A DNA stretch of 62,992 bases, filler included, from Rhabdomonas costata (GCA_019059605.1; 53 parts of 53 records of this genome joined end to end with filler, not necessarily neighbours in it), one strand, 5' to 3'; counted from the whole stretch's first letter, positions 1 through 13,346 are shown. The notes: generated from the letters alone by a model not told the origin. Made by a program: numbers and translations.

Positions 1-86
1 GGTGTGGGGTGAAGAAGGAATACTCCCCAGCGCGAGGCCGCAGCGGAGGGGTGCGATCCCTGCAATTCAGAGGATAGGAGGGGCTG

Positions 87-520
87 CTAGAGGATGGGAC
101 TGACATAAACACAGAAAGAGACCAACAAAGCAGGGCTAGCCTCTGTCCATGAAAGAGGATCGCACAGGACAACCAAAGATTGGCAAGATTGGCATCTCCG
201 ATCTGCTTTGGATCTGCTTTGACTGCTGAGCAGGGTTCCCCAACCGCTGCGCCTGAGATCGGACGGTGTCCCGGTGTGCGTGTGTGCGTTCTTGAGAGTC
301 CGGACTTTACCCATGGTAGCACTTTCCTCTCCTCTACTTCAGAAATGCCAAGGATCCCACAGATATCCTTGATGAACAAGAAATAGGGGGGGGGGTTGCG
401 AGGTTCGTCAAGACACTATCGTTCGGCTCTTGGATGGCTACTGCTTGGTTGGCAAGTTCTGGCACACAGACATGAAAATGCACAGTGAGATCCGCAAAAG
501 GCCAAATTGCAACGGACCGA
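87..520 (-). mobile_element. Possible degenerate tyrosine recombinase fragment (DIRS/Ngaro-type retroelement)
   Basis: Minus-strand peptides FGLLRIS (cf. FGxLRxSE) and, further on, RSKADRRCQ (cf. SKTDQ) in the expected order, separated by stops/frameshifts. Confidence 0.25.
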
Positions 521-1091
521 GTTGAGTTGGTGCATACGTCCTTTTGTTAGTAAAGTGAGCGTTGGTGGGCGTCCGGGGCTCAGGACGTGGATTCACGAGA
601 ACGGGAGGGGTAGGAGGGATCGCAAACCACTGTCCCCAGAGTCCGCGCTGAGGTGCCATTGGGGACCCAGTGGTCAAAGGCTTCGCCACCCCCTGCCCAT
701 CCCTGGCAGGAGACCTAGCCCAGAGAGGAGAGGAGCCAGAAAGAATAACAAGGAAGCGAGATGGGGAGCGTGGAAGACGGTAGAAGGGTACTTCCCGGCA
801 ACGAAGAGTGTTTTCCCTACAATCGCGCGCAAAAATTTTCAGAAGCTTTCAGAATCGGTGGACCCCGAAGCGGCAGTACCATCACAATTTTCGACAGGAT
901 CACCCACTGGTGGGTCCGCCACACGCTAAGTTTGCGAAGACCTCACGACCTAATCCTAACGCAACGCACAAAGCACCACACTGCTTCCTTTACTCTGACG
1001 GGACACTGCCCAATACAACCCGTATGTCCACCCCGTCCCGCCGAATGTCTCGGGAAAAAGGAGGGGAAGCAGTGGGAAGGGAAAGGGGGAC

Positions 1092-1191
1092 NNNNNNNNN
1101 NNNNNNNNNNNNNNNNNNNNNNNNNNNNNNNNNNNTTAATTAATTAANNNNNNNNNNNNNNNNNNNNNNNNNNNNNNNNNNNNNNNNNNNN
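1092..1191. other. Artificial contig linker N44-TTAATTAATTAA-N44 (first of 52, roughly every 1.19 kb; last at 61802-61901)
   Basis: Identical 100-nt spacer recurs throughout. TTAATTAATTAA gives stops in all six frames. Flanking contigs are all ~1075-1092 bp and unrelated to each other. Confidence 0.99.
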
Positions 1192-2667
1192 TGCAGAAGC
1201 ATAGCCAATTCCAGAAGTAGGCTATGCTTCTGCACCAAACAAACAAAATATTGCAGGCTTACAAAAAAAGAAGGTGAGAGAAATCTGAGGGGGAATGCAA
1301 AATACTGACTGAAACGGGAAAGAGAACTGCGAGATGGGGACTGGTACCAGAACTGGTCAAGTACCAGAACAGGGCTGAAGCCCCACAGGAAGGAAAATTG
1401 GAAAATTGCCCGAAGCCCATCCGCCAGAGCTGCTCCCAGTGCTCGGCTGGCAGCTGCTGGCCAATGGGCGGTCGGGGAACCCCAAGAGCTGCCCTGACTA
1501 CGCCGCGAGAAACGCTGGGATGTGGGCCTCCGGAAGGTTCATCACGCGCACCCTCTGCGTGAAGTGATGAAGTAGAGTGCCATGTTTGTCCGAGGGCGAC
1601 GACGGGATGGCCACGGAGGACCCATGGGTAGGGGGTGGAAGGGGAAATCGAAGGGGTTCGGGTCGCTGTGAAAAGCTCATACCGATCGCGAAAAAGGTCC
1701 CTGCACAATTTTCAGTGGGAGGAGGGACCGAAAAACAAAAGCAGAAAGGAAGCAAAGCGTTGACCAAAGATGCTGCGAAACGAAGAAAAATCGCAGACTC
1801 CGGAAGAAAAGACAACACCCTTCGTCTTGTAGCGTTCGAGGAATATCTCGCACAACAAAGATTTGCCCCACAAGGGGGGGGGGTTCCGAAGAACGCTTAT
1901 CTGGCAATGTACATACAAAGCCAGAAAAAGTTTCTCAAGTTCAAGTGGGATATTCCCTTCCTCCAGATATCAAGGTGAAGATAAGTTCTGTCAGTAACGC
2001 ACCGTTAAAGCCTTCTGGCACGCTCTCAGACCAAAGTGGGCTTGCAAAATAAACAAGTCATGCAACAACATTCGTGCCTTTCAGCGGTCCACGTGAGTGG
2101 TGCGTGCAATCGATGAGATGTGAGCAATGCAAAAAGGGTGACCGGTGCGCAGAGCGGACACCTATGTACAGTAGGCAGCACAGAAAAATACCACTCCAAA
2201 AGAATGCGGATACGACGGCAGAAGCACTGCCTTCAGACGGTAGTGCCAGCAAACAAAATCGCTTCACGCACAATGCAAAAAACNNNNNNNNNNNNNNNNN
2301 NNNNNNNNNNNNNNNNNNNNNNNNNNNTTAATTAATTAANNNNNNNNNNNNNNNNNNNNNNNNNNNNNNNNNNNNNNNNNNNNCGAGCTCCGTGTGTTTG
2401 TCTGGGGTGTGGTGTGGCTTGGCGTGGTCTCTATTTTGCGTTTTGCCTCTCATCCACACATGCTGGGCTTGCTTTGACTTGATGTCGATTATGCTGTCAA
2501 AGCTATGTGTGTATATGTGTGTATGTATGTTCGACCTTACTGCTGAGCGAAGCTTTAATTTGGTGTGAAGCAAGTTAGGGGTTAAGGGTGGCGAGAAAAA
2601 TAGAAACTTGAAAGGGGCCCACGTTTCCGTGCGTCCATGGGTTTCCGGTTGCCCTTACGGGACACAG

Positions 2668-2790
2668 GGGTCGTCGTCCTCCGCTGCTGCCCCCGAGGAG
2701 GTGACCACGGCCGAACTCCTGCAGGTGCTGCAGCAGATGCAGGAGGGGGATCAGCTCCTGTACGAGAATGGCGTGGTGTACATGCTGTAG
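2668..2790 (+). CDS. Terminal exon, MCM3-like C-terminal winged-helix
   Basis: cag| acceptor at 2667, GC3-rich codons. EVTTAELLQVLQQMQEGDQLLYENGVVYML* resembles the MCM3 C-terminus. Confidence 0.55.
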   Translation, partial: GSSSSAAAPEEVTTAELLQVLQQMQEGDQLLYENGVVYML

Positions 2791-5203
2791 TCGTGGCAAC
2801 TGTTGGGTTGGCTGAGTGGCCGCTGAGTCTCAGAGCTGTACCTCCAATGACGGGGGGAGAAGGTTCTGGTCTAGCGCTGCTAACTCTTCTTCTGTGCGCC
2901 CTGCAACTGACGCCGTGGCTGCGCGGTCCGCTGCGGAAGTGTATTATAGGACTCCATACTGGATGGTCACAAGGATTGGTGTGCTCGTTCGCGGAATCCT
3001 TTGAGTCCCATTCCTTGCCGAGAACACAGCTGGTTCCAGAGTGTACCCCTCTTACAAAGGCATGAAAAGGGAGCTACAAGGACTCTGTTCGAAGCGAGGA
3101 TAACAGTAGAAATTATAAAGCAGTTTCGTTTTAACCGGAGGCGCTAGTGCAAGGGAAGGAAAGCGAAAGCCAGCTCACAGAGCATTTATGCCTCCTCAAT
3201 TGGGTGGGCTCACTAGTGCCCCATCCTTTTTGAGGTGGGGCGCTAGTGCATTTATGGCACCCCTCCCCCCCCAGTAAGGTGGGTCCACCTTATTTGAGCT
3301 GTGAACTAGTGGTTTTGTGGGCCCCTTACTGAGTATGCAGGGGGTTAGGTGTCGATGCACGGAACGTTCCCCGGATCACAATAGAAGCTTTGCAGGGGTT
3401 TAGTTGTGATCCGGGGAACGTTCCGTGCATCGACACCTAACCCCCTGCATACTCAGTAAGGGGCCCACACAACCNNNNNNNNNNNNNNNNNNNNNNNNNN
3501 NNNNNNNNNNNNNNNNNNTTAATTAATTAANNNNNNNNNNNNNNNNNNNNNNNNNNNNNNNNNNNNNNNNNNNNGGTGTTGGGTGAAACCATAGACATAG
3601 ACAAAATAAAATCTTCTACAATTATTTTATTTTGTCTATGTCTATGGTTTCATCCAACTTCATTACAACGTAGTTCAGTGATTTTGGCCTCATTCTATAA
3701 CGTTAATATGAAACTCACATGGTAGCACTTTGTGCATATGATACTTAGCCTTTAATATGTATGTGGTAGACTATTGCTAGGAGCCATGTATGTTTGCATT
3801 TACCCATTGCTAGCCTGGTTGAAGAAATACACTTATGAACTAAAAATATCACTTTTTATATGCAAAACCAAAATGAATGGAGACTGATTCTTTGTAATCC
3901 GTTTTTTGAAGCATTGTCAAGGAAACTCAATTGCAACGAATGAAAAAGAGTGTCACTTTACCATCAGTTTCCATATGTGCATTTTCTACTCATTCCAGAT
4001 CTACTTCTAAAATCTGGCAAAAAGAGCACGCATCGTGAGAATCACCTTCAAAATGTGCAAGTAATAAATGCGGATTTAATGAATGATAGATTTGATGAGA
4101 TATAACCTATCCTACTCTGTTCTCTTATCTTTTCATACCGGTAGTAGAATTTATGTTTATCTTTATTTTCTGAAAATAACCGTTGGCAAAAAAAACAGGA
4201 AATTGCTGTGAAATTGTTTCGCTTATCGTTGCAAGTCCTTAGACGTTTTTCTGCCCAAATGGAGTCAAACATGGACTGATGGAAAATCACATAAAGATGA
4301 CCAACTAATCCAACGTAAGTATGCGTGTAGTAGCACAAACCTTTACTGGTAAATAATTTCACACGTTGTAACCATGGCCGACTACCGCACCGTTGAAGGA
4401 TAAATGGCACCAAAGCGCCGAATGGAACCTAAGTAGTGCGGGAATCATTGGTTGCCTTTTGCGCTTGTTGCCTTTTCGTCCGCTTGGCAGCGCAGCGCGT
4501 GAAGGTGGTAACAACGGAAGATAGAATATGCGGTGGACCTGAGGCCAAAGAAAAAGAAAGGCCGCTGGGGGTTGGTGGAAAGCACACAATGGATGCTGAA
4601 AAAGCACATTCTTTGATAGGAACTACACGAAAAATTCCAGAGAGAAGCGGGTGGCACACAAAGTANNNNNNNNNNNNNNNNNNNNNNNNNNNNNNNNNNN
4701 NNNNNNNNNTTAATTAATTAANNNNNNNNNNNNNNNNNNNNNNNNNNNNNNNNNNNNNNNNNNNNGTGTGTTTATCCGTTCTTGTGGGGTCTTGATTTAG
4801 GGATTTTCAGCCATTTCTCGGCTCAGAATTCGTACTCTGTGGTTGCTTTTTATTTTGCAGCGGCGGCTTTTCTGTTCCTAGTGCCTAATTGAATGTCAAG
4901 GAATTTCACTTTTGATGTGAAGCGGGTTAGAGGGAGGGAGGGAGTGGAGAGCTAGAGCTATGGGGGTCCCAACGGGTTTGATCCTATGTGTGTGCACCGC
5001 GTGTGGGGTTGTCAGGAGGTAGTGGGCGGAGGCCCCTTGGCTAGCGCTCCAGTATGTTTGCCCTTTCCCATTATTGCGGGTGCGCTTCAAATGAGATGTA
5101 TTTGGTGAGCTATGGTGTTTGCGGTTTCGTGCGCCACTGGAGGTTTGTCTGGTTAGTCCGGATTGTGTCCTTTAACGTCTCTGTCTGGTTACTGTTTGCT
5201 CAG

Positions 5204-5850
5204 ATTTGTTGACGAGGTGAGGATCTGGAAAGTGACGTTGAGCAAGGACATGATCCAAAACAACATGTATCGCCGGTAATCACGCACCGCATCATTGTCA
5301 CCCTCACCCCACGTTCACTGTACATTCATTCTTCACGGACCCCGACTCCCATTACCACCACCCCGAGTTTCCCTCTTCCTCCGCCACCTCTTCAACCGCT
5401 TCCATCTTACAATTCCAATGAGTGAGCGCGGTATTTTGTCTTCTTGTAGACTGTCAGCTTCCCTACAAAAAAGACAATACCTGACAACAACAAAGTCACA
5501 AGCCCCAGCGGAACATAGCCAAACGTCGTTGCCAGTCCACAATCCTCCCTCTGCAATTGGTGTGGCTTTTTGACCGTGTCCCTCCCGTTCGACCCCTTCT
5601 CGCAGAGCCCCGGAGGACGCCCCGGGGCTGCTGGCGCAGTGGCACTTCGACGACCTCCTGGACACCCCCGACGGCCTCCTGGCGGTGTCCGCGCAGAACC
5701 TCAGCCTGGCCCTCGTGGACACCACCAACCTCAAGGGCCGGGCCTGCGGCGGCGCCACGCGCCCCGTGCACTCCGCCGTGGCCGCGCCGCTGTGGCACAC
5801 CCAGCAGCCCTACACCGTGGTCAGCTACGTCCCCACCACCACCAAACACC
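5204..5850 (+). CDS. LamG/concanavalin A-like domain protein, two exons (5204-5275, 5606->5850)
   Basis: A GT-AG intron at 5276-5605 joins FVDEVRIWKVTLSKDMIQNNMYRR to APEDAPGLLAQWHFDD, the typical LamG-like DEVRIW...GLxAxWxFD pattern. Confidence 0.75.
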
Positions 5851-7717
5851 CCACACNNNNNNNNNNNNNNNNNNNNNNNNNNNNNNNNNNNNNNNNNNNN
5901 TTAATTAATTAANNNNNNNNNNNNNNNNNNNNNNNNNNNNNNNNNNNNNNNNNNNNTGTTTCCACGGGGTGCGGCCGGAGCGTGCGGCTGAGACGGGAGC
6001 GCGGCCTGCGGATGCCTTTAACGAATTTACATTGCATTATTGTTACCATTGGTAACCCCTGCCCCTCATCGTCGATTGCACCCCGTGGAAACTGCAAATC
6101 AAAATTGGATCTGAAGAGAGTGGGAGAGAAAGACGTTTTTATTGTGTAGTTGCAACCTCTTAACCGCCGTTGAATAGCAAAAGGATAACGCCAGGTCGCG
6201 AGGTTGTGGCCTCGGACCGGAACTTGATCCGCGGGTTTCACCACCACTGTAACCTGTAACTGGAGCGTTCTTGTCGAAGTTCTGTGTCTTGACTGTGTGG
6301 TTGGATGAGCGAATAAAGCGAATTGTTTTTGACACCTTAGTTTCTTGTTGCCCCGAATTTGATTTTTGGTTTACGGCGCGGTAATCTATCTTTTTCCGCA
6401 GCGTTCCTGTTCTGTCCTTTCCTTGCTTACACTCTGTGTGTTTCCCATTTTTGCCTATGGCAGACATTGAAAGAGGGAAACGGTTGTTTGAAGCCCGGGC
6501 TCTGCAGGTATGCACCCTTGAGCATCTTCTTCAGAATTGCCTGCCGCAAAGCTGCCCCAGAAAAGACGGACGGGCGAGCAGAAGATTCTACTGCAGACGA
6601 AGCTGAGAGGGACAGAACGTCGCAACGACGCCGCAAACAAAAGCTGTCAGCTATGGAGCATATAAAGTAATTTCTGGACCTCCAGGACAACCTTGAATCA
6701 TCAGCATACCCACCGCTCCTTCCCGCCGCGGGGCCCTCGGATTGTGCGTGACAAATGTTTAATGTTGTTCCTGTGCAGTGCCATTCCGTGAAGAAGGGCG
6801 AGCACCACATTGGACCTAGTCTGGTTGGAATAGTAGGCCGCCACGCCGCCTCCGCATCTGGCTACGAGTACTCCCCCGCCATGAAAGCCCAAGGTGTGTC
6901 GATGCCCTTCCCTCAGTGCAATAACTCATGTCCTTCATTTTCTGGGTCGAATTCGTTGGTGCAAGGGTATCTGCTCGTCCGCCACGTCCACACAACGGTC
7001 CAGGGAGGCCCCCCAAAACGTCAAATATGACCCAAAATGAGCCAAATNNNNNNNNNNNNNNNNNNNNNNNNNNNNNNNNNNNNNNNNNNNNTTAATTAAT
7101 TAANNNNNNNNNNNNNNNNNNNNNNNNNNNNNNNNNNNNNNNNNNNNGGTGGGTGGTGACATTGTTTCGCGTGGCTACCACTAGTGCAGTGTTACTGAGT
7201 GAACCATGCTGCTGCTACTTGGCACTTCAGTCTCCCTCTCTTGTGAGGGCCGGGGCTGAGTTGTTCCCTTCAGTCTGTACATGCCGGTGCCTTCGATGAC
7301 GACTTGGGAAGGGGGCGCAGTATCGTTGTGATTGAAAAGCGGTGCCTTGTTTTAGCATGTCTGAGGAAACTGGGAGCGGAGCTGTACGCTGGGACCAATC
7401 TGCAGCCTTTCTTTTTTGGTGAGCGTTCTTAGCGTCTTTTTTACATAAGCTTCACGAGTTTTTCCTCTATCCAGCCCTGAACCACAGTTGATAATGCGAG
7501 CGCAGGCTGAACAAGACAGGAACGTGTTGCTTTCGGGGCTTCTCCCTTTGAAAAGAGCATTAGCATTAGCATTTACCGGGTCTTTACATCCGGCAGGGTA
7601 ACTGTTACCTCTTCCGGTGTCCATCATTCCCCTGCATGTGATTTTGCTCTTTCGGATTCGTCGAAGGGAGTTGCGTTTTGGGACTACATCTGTGGTGAGT
7701 GAGGCTCCCTTAGCAAA

Positions 7718-7842
7718 ATGAGGGCCTGCCGCAGGCTGCTGACTACGATCTACCGCCGGGAGTCCTCCTACCTGGGCTTTGCCCCCGAGCAGGTCTACAG
7801 TGTGGTGGCGGACGTTGCGAACTATGGCAAATTCCTTCCCTG
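7718..7842 (+). CDS. COQ10: Coenzyme Q-binding protein COQ10 (START/polyketide cyclase family), first exon
   Basis: Short Arg-rich N-terminus, then LGFAPEQVYSVVADVANYGKFLPW matching the COQ10/RatA motif. GT donor at 7843. Confidence 0.8.
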
Positions 7843-8971
7843 GTCAGTGGGAGCCACCCCGCTCTCCTTCCTCACGTTCACGTTTTCGTCCCAGGTCAAG
7901 GGTGTTCAGGGTCCTGTTCAGGGTCCGAATAGCTCTCGCCTTTTTGCGTTGTGCACTCTGATGAATGAACTTGTAAATCACGTGTATCGTGCGCCCGTGC
8001 TGCGGAGATTCGAACGAAGAGTGGTTCAGAAATGCCACGAACCCATGGTGGAATTTGGGCAACTGCCTTGTTGTCCAGCACCAGTTCGGAAAAGGCTTGT
8101 TTCCAAAAGGTTCTTCCTTGCTGCCACTGTTTCCCGCATTGCGCCAGGGGGTGACCACTCAGCGCATTGTGCACGCATCCCGGGCGCACGATACACGTGA
8201 TTTACAAGTTCATTCATCAGAGTGCACAACCCAAAAAANNNNNNNNNNNNNNNNNNNNNNNNNNNNNNNNNNNNNNNNNNNNTTAATTAATTAANNNNNN
8301 NNNNNNNNNNNNNNNNNNNNNNNNNNNNNNNNNNNNNNGGGTTGTGGTGTCGTTCGGGGTTTGAGGGAGGGGAGCCTGACCTCTGGAAATGAGGACTCTT
8401 TTACAGGCTTACTCTGCTGAGGTCCGAAGAAGCAATGGAAAAATGGAGAGACGGGGTGTCCAAACTCCGGGAGCTGGATGCGCATTCGGTTGCTCAGTCA
8501 AACGTCTCCCATCTCTATTACCTTTTAGCTGAACACTGCTCTTTATCAAACGACCTTGTCGTTCATAATCCCATCCATGATCACAACAGATCATAAATTT
8601 TACTTTCAGAGTGGTTTTCATCCTATATTAGAGATAAGCCACAGGACAGAAGTGCTAAAAGCGTCCCAAGACCACCGCAACGTTCCAACATTGTTGCTCA
8701 TATCCATGAGTTCATTTGAGCAGAGGTTGTCGAAAATCGCCCCTCATTCAATTCAAAGGGGAGGAGGAGGAGGAAGGGGTAGAGGTATATCTCTGACTAC
8801 TGTAACGATGATCTCGGAAATATATTTTATAACTCCCCCTCCTCACATGCACCCTATCCCCGTGTCTCCAAATTGAGTTCCTGCAGAAATGCGTATTCCT
8901 AGGGAAACATAGTATGCCCTCCTGCGTTACCAGAGGTAGGGCACACATTCACAAGCCCGAGCCTGAACCAC

Positions 8972-9224
8972 GGCAACAACTGTACCGCCGCTGCCATCTC
9001 TGCGGAGCCCGAGTTCCTGCGCCACCCTCTCCAGCCAAGGCCACCGGTCCTCATCCGTGAGGGGAACCCCTGAGCTCATTTTCGCCCTGCTCTCCGCACT
9101 GTGCAAGGCATCAGAATCGGCGAAGCGATAGCCAAGGGAACGGGCCAGCAGCTCCCCTATCAAGCTCTTCCCAGCCCCTGAGACCCCCATGACTACAACC
9201 TGACTCACACTCCCGGTGGCCAGC
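8972..9224 (-). CDS. Gluconokinase (GntK/IdnK family) exon
   Basis: VVVMGVSGAGKS P-loop, DxDxLH, and KMSSGVPLTDEDRWPWL signature. Bounded by AG and a GT donor after VVA. Confidence 0.9.
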
Positions 9225-9608
9225 CTGAACACCGAAAGGGTACAGCCACAACCACTCAAGAAGAACCTACACGCTGCAATGACGACCAGAATCAGGGCCA
9301 CTGGGGCCTCTGGGCTCACAGGGTATCTCGCAGAAGGCTGACACACACCAATCCAACGAAGAAATGATAAATAAAAGCGCTGCTTTGAACCCAAGACCAA
9401 ATGCACTCCAAAATGGGTTTGCTCTTGGGNNNNNNNNNNNNNNNNNNNNNNNNNNNNNNNNNNNNNNNNNNNNTTAATTAATTAANNNNNNNNNNNNNNN
9501 NNNNNNNNNNNNNNNNNNNNNNNNNNNNNGTTTTTTTGTACCATTGATTTGGGTTAGGAACAGTGTATTGTCATGTTTGGGGTGATGCGCGTGTCTTTCC
9601 CACCACAG

Positions 9609-9713
9609 CGCGGGGATGTTGATCTGGGCAGGACTCTGCTGCAGAAGCTCTCCCCTCGGACGATTTTTGCGCAGGACGAGTTTGGGAACACCCCCTTGCA
9701 CGTTGCATGTGAG
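9609..9713 (+). CDS. Ankyrin-repeat exon
   Basis: cag|...QDEFGNTPLHVACE|gtgtgt. Confidence 0.8.
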
Positions 9714-11276
9714 GTGTGTCCGCGCGCCATGTTTGTTCCATGGAAATGTTTCAGACGGACGAAGCGGCAATAAATTTCTTCTTTTTACGTTTACATCCAT
9801 ACCACCCTTCACTCTTGAGTCATATGGCTCTGGGTTGGCTCTCACAGTCTGTTTATCCCTTCCTGTTTTGTTCGTATCCCCTCATTAGGTTCGTCTGGCG
9901 GATGAGGGATTACGCACATCCACAAATACATAAAGACACCCGAGCAACCATGCAGTAGCCCTTTTCCAGCTGCTACCCGCACCCTTCGGCGTCATTCGCT
10001 CCGAAGGTGTACTTCTCGCGAGCACCCGTGGCCAACAGCGCGTGCGCCCGTCAGTCCACAGTGGTCACCTACAGTCAATCAGGCAACAGCCAGCGCCCAA
10101 CACACACAAATACCTGTAAATGAGCTGTTGATACACTGGGGGCGCTGCCAGTTTGCTTACATGTACCAGCACATCAGAGTGACTTACGTACTTCGCCTGT
10201 TTTGGCGGGCGACCCAAAGGGCCCCAAAAGGGGCAAAAACCTTTAGTTGTGCTAAATAGACTCGGCCGAAAGGTTAGCCTCAGTATGCAGGCATGCAAAG
10301 GTCCAGGAATTCATCCGCTGGCCGAAATTGGAATTGAGAAAAGTCGCAAAGGTCCAGCAAAAACAGGGCTGGCAAACTGTCAGTAAAGTCAAGTCAAGAG
10401 CACTACCATACCACAAAGTATGAGCACCGGCTAGCTCAAGTTATGATGCCCGTGCTCCTCCAGCTCCGGCTCCCGGTGTTCCTCTTCTTTCTGTCCTCAG
10501 CGGGAGCAGGCTGAATTTGTGGCTCTTCTGCTGGAGGTTCTCCCTGCGCAGGCTCTGCTTTTGGAGAACGACTCAGGGTCGCTCCCTTTGCATCTTGCCG
10601 TTGCGGTGCGCACCCCCACACNNNNNNNNNNNNNNNNNNNNNNNNNNNNNNNNNNNNNNNNNNNNTTAATTAATTAANNNNNNNNNNNNNNNNNNNNNNN
10701 NNNNNNNNNNNNNNNNNNNNNGGTGGTGGTTGCGGGTCAAGGGATCGACCTATATATGCTATATGCTCACGGATGGTTTCGCCCATTCATGTAACGCCAG
10801 ATAACGCTGGACAATCCTTCCCGTCGTCACTTGAATGGGCGAAACCATCCGTGAGCATATAGCATATATAGGTCGATCCCTTGACCCACAACCGCCATGC
10901 AACCGTCCTTCAGCGCGTGCACGCACTCACTCGCTCGCTCGCTCAGGGTCGCGTACCGTTATCCCGTGTTGGACAGCGTACGTCCGTTCCTCCTTTTGGC
11001 TCGCGTATAAATCCTTGGTGAGGGAAGTTGGAAATTTAGATATGTTTACTTTTTCTTCTGAAGGAGATCTTTACACCATCATCCCCTACCCTGCACGATG
11101 CAGACACTGAAGTGGGGCACATCTCCGCCACTTGCATCAGTTGGAGTCGCGGCTCCATCGGCTGCCACAGTCCGGCGATTTCCAAAGGGAGTTGCAGTGT
11201 ACTGCAGTGATTGTGCCTTCACATCAAAAGCAAGCACTGAGCACATCCTCCTCCTCCGTTGTGTTCTTATCTTCAG

Positions 11277-11386
11277 GTGTCACTTTGATCACTCAGCTGA
11301 CGAGTGACCTGTGGGACCGAAGAGTGACGGGAAACAGCGTGTGGGCGGTGAACTTCTACGCTCCTTGGTGCGTTCACTGCCAGCAG
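11277..11386 (+). CDS. Protein disulfide isomerase/thioredoxin-domain exon
   Basis: cag|...VWAVNFYAPWCVHCQQ|gtgcgc, containing the WCxxC active-site motif. Confidence 0.85.
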
Positions 11387-13103
11387 GTGCGCCGCTCATT
11401 CCTATCTTTGCCACTGCCCAGCTAACTCCTCCCTCTTAAAGGATTCCTTTGACACGAAAACCCAGACCTTTTTCCGCCCTCTCAATAATCGCGCACACCT
11501 TTCATTGCTGTATCTTCAGATTTCCCGTCTTCTTCGGTAGGGCCGCTTTTTATCCTCTCAGTTTCTCGATCTCTTGCCCTTGTCTTCCACTTTGTGCTGC
11601 ACTCAGTTGTCCTCCTCAGCCGCATTTCTTTTCTATGTGCATGCTATAGTTAATTTGTGGTTAGCCGTGCTATCTCAACATTGCTCTGTCCGTTGGAATG
11701 TTGGAATTAGCTCATTAGATCACACCATCAATATGATAACACCTCGTGTGAGTCTGCAAAAAGAAGAGCTGTGTTACCGTCTGGGGTTCGAGTTGTGATT
11801 GGGGACCCCCACNNNNNNNNNNNNNNNNNNNNNNNNNNNNNNNNNNNNNNNNNNNNTTAATTAATTAANNNNNNNNNNNNNNNNNNNNNNNNNNNNNNNN
11901 NNNNNNNNNNNNTTTTTGTTGTCGCTGGTCTCAAAATTGTAGCGTAAGTGTAGATGTGCGAGACACATGGTCTGGCAGGCACCATACGGCTTTTTTTGGA
12001 GTAAAACTCCTGTCCTTTCAGACTTTTAGGTACTGAGTGCAAAAATCGAAGTTTCGGCGTGAAGAACAGTCCTTTTCGAGATGACAGGCTCTGTGTTTCT
12101 GGTGCGCGCCATGCACCTTCAACCCCAAACATCATGCGACGCACTGACTGCTCTGACTTTGTACTCCTCGCGCTAGAACGTGCGCTCTTACAAAAGTCTA
12201 AGTTTACGGTGGAGCCTACACATGATTTCTCCGATTTTATACACCAGAGATTTTTATCTTTGCAAAGATTAATAAATCCGAGTATCCCTCCCAGTGTGAA
12301 GCAATAACTGGCTTCTGCACTTGCCTATTCGACGGCTTTTAGGAGGGAAAATGGTATTGCGGTAATTTTGGCGGCCAGCACGACGTGTAGCAACGCCGCA
12401 CCAGAAAATACAAACAAACCTTCTGCACTTTTCACGAATAACTATGCGATGGATTTAATCCGAGCAAATTAGTGGCGAGGGCCCCTATGCAGGACCTGTC
12501 TTCGATTTGTTCCTTTTCCAACATGGCAAAGCCCGTGCCACGGCACTGGGCCCCCATTCACACACCCATGTACAGTGCGACCAAAAACGCACGAATACAT
12601 GCAAAGCCTTTTCTCAACCCTAGCAGTGAACCAGCCCACGGTGGGCTGCGTCCTTCCGTTTTCGGATTCCCACTCAGCTCATCAGTGGCCCAAATGGCGG
12701 CCGTTCCTCGTCACACAGCGCCCATCAGAACCGCATGCCGGGCGGCCAGCAGCTTCAGGGAGGGTATCTGAATGGCAAAGGTGTGGGTGTCACGGTGCCG
12801 CACCCACTCCCGGCTGCCCGGCTGGGCCATGCCCCCACCGTGGGCAACTACCAGCGGGTACGGCACGCCGGGCACCACCGTCCCACAGAGTCCGGCTCGG
12901 GGGCTCAGCCCTGGGACTTCGCCCAGGTCCCGCCACACCTTGGAAGAGAATGGAAGGATTGACCTTCGTAGAGGATTATGTGTTATATGGGGGGGGGGGG
13001 GAANNNNNNNNNNNNNNNNNNNNNNNNNNNNNNNNNNNNNNNNNNNNTTAATTAATTAANNNNNNNNNNNNNNNNNNNNNNNNNNNNNNNNNNNNNNNNN
13101 NNN

Positions 13104-13346
13104 TGTTGTTTGTGGTCTCATGACTGTGCTGGGCTAAGGGCGGAGCACATGCTGGGCCATGGTCGCGCTACTGTTGCTGACTGGAGTGCTCGGTTTCGGC
13201 AATATGTTATGAACTATGAGGCTTCCTGGGGTGCTGGAGTGATAGGTGGCCCTGATATGGAGGAGTTCCGGTGGAGAGCAAACTTGGATGGCAAAGACCC
13301 CTTTCTTTCGTTGATGGAGCACATTCGCAATGGACATTTCCAGTGA
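13104..13346 (+). mobile_element. Merlin/ISXO2-like transposase remnant with internal deletion
   Basis: TVADWSARFRQYV...IGGP (pre-catalytic region) is joined directly to EEFRWR...DPFLSLMEHI (C-terminal motif). The intervening VEIDES catalytic region is absent. Confidence 0.6.

Noticed and set aside
1136-1147. Regularly spaced TTAATTAATTAA as a CRISPR-like or biological repeat
   Set aside because: It is always embedded in N44 runs with a constant 100-nt total length, so it is a concatenation linker. ORFs ending in ...XXXLIN are artefacts of it.
8972-9224. Gluconokinase as bacterial contamination
   Set aside because: The frame breaks at a GT donor right before the expected CSALK motif and the flanks are non-coding, consistent with a spliced eukaryotic gene.
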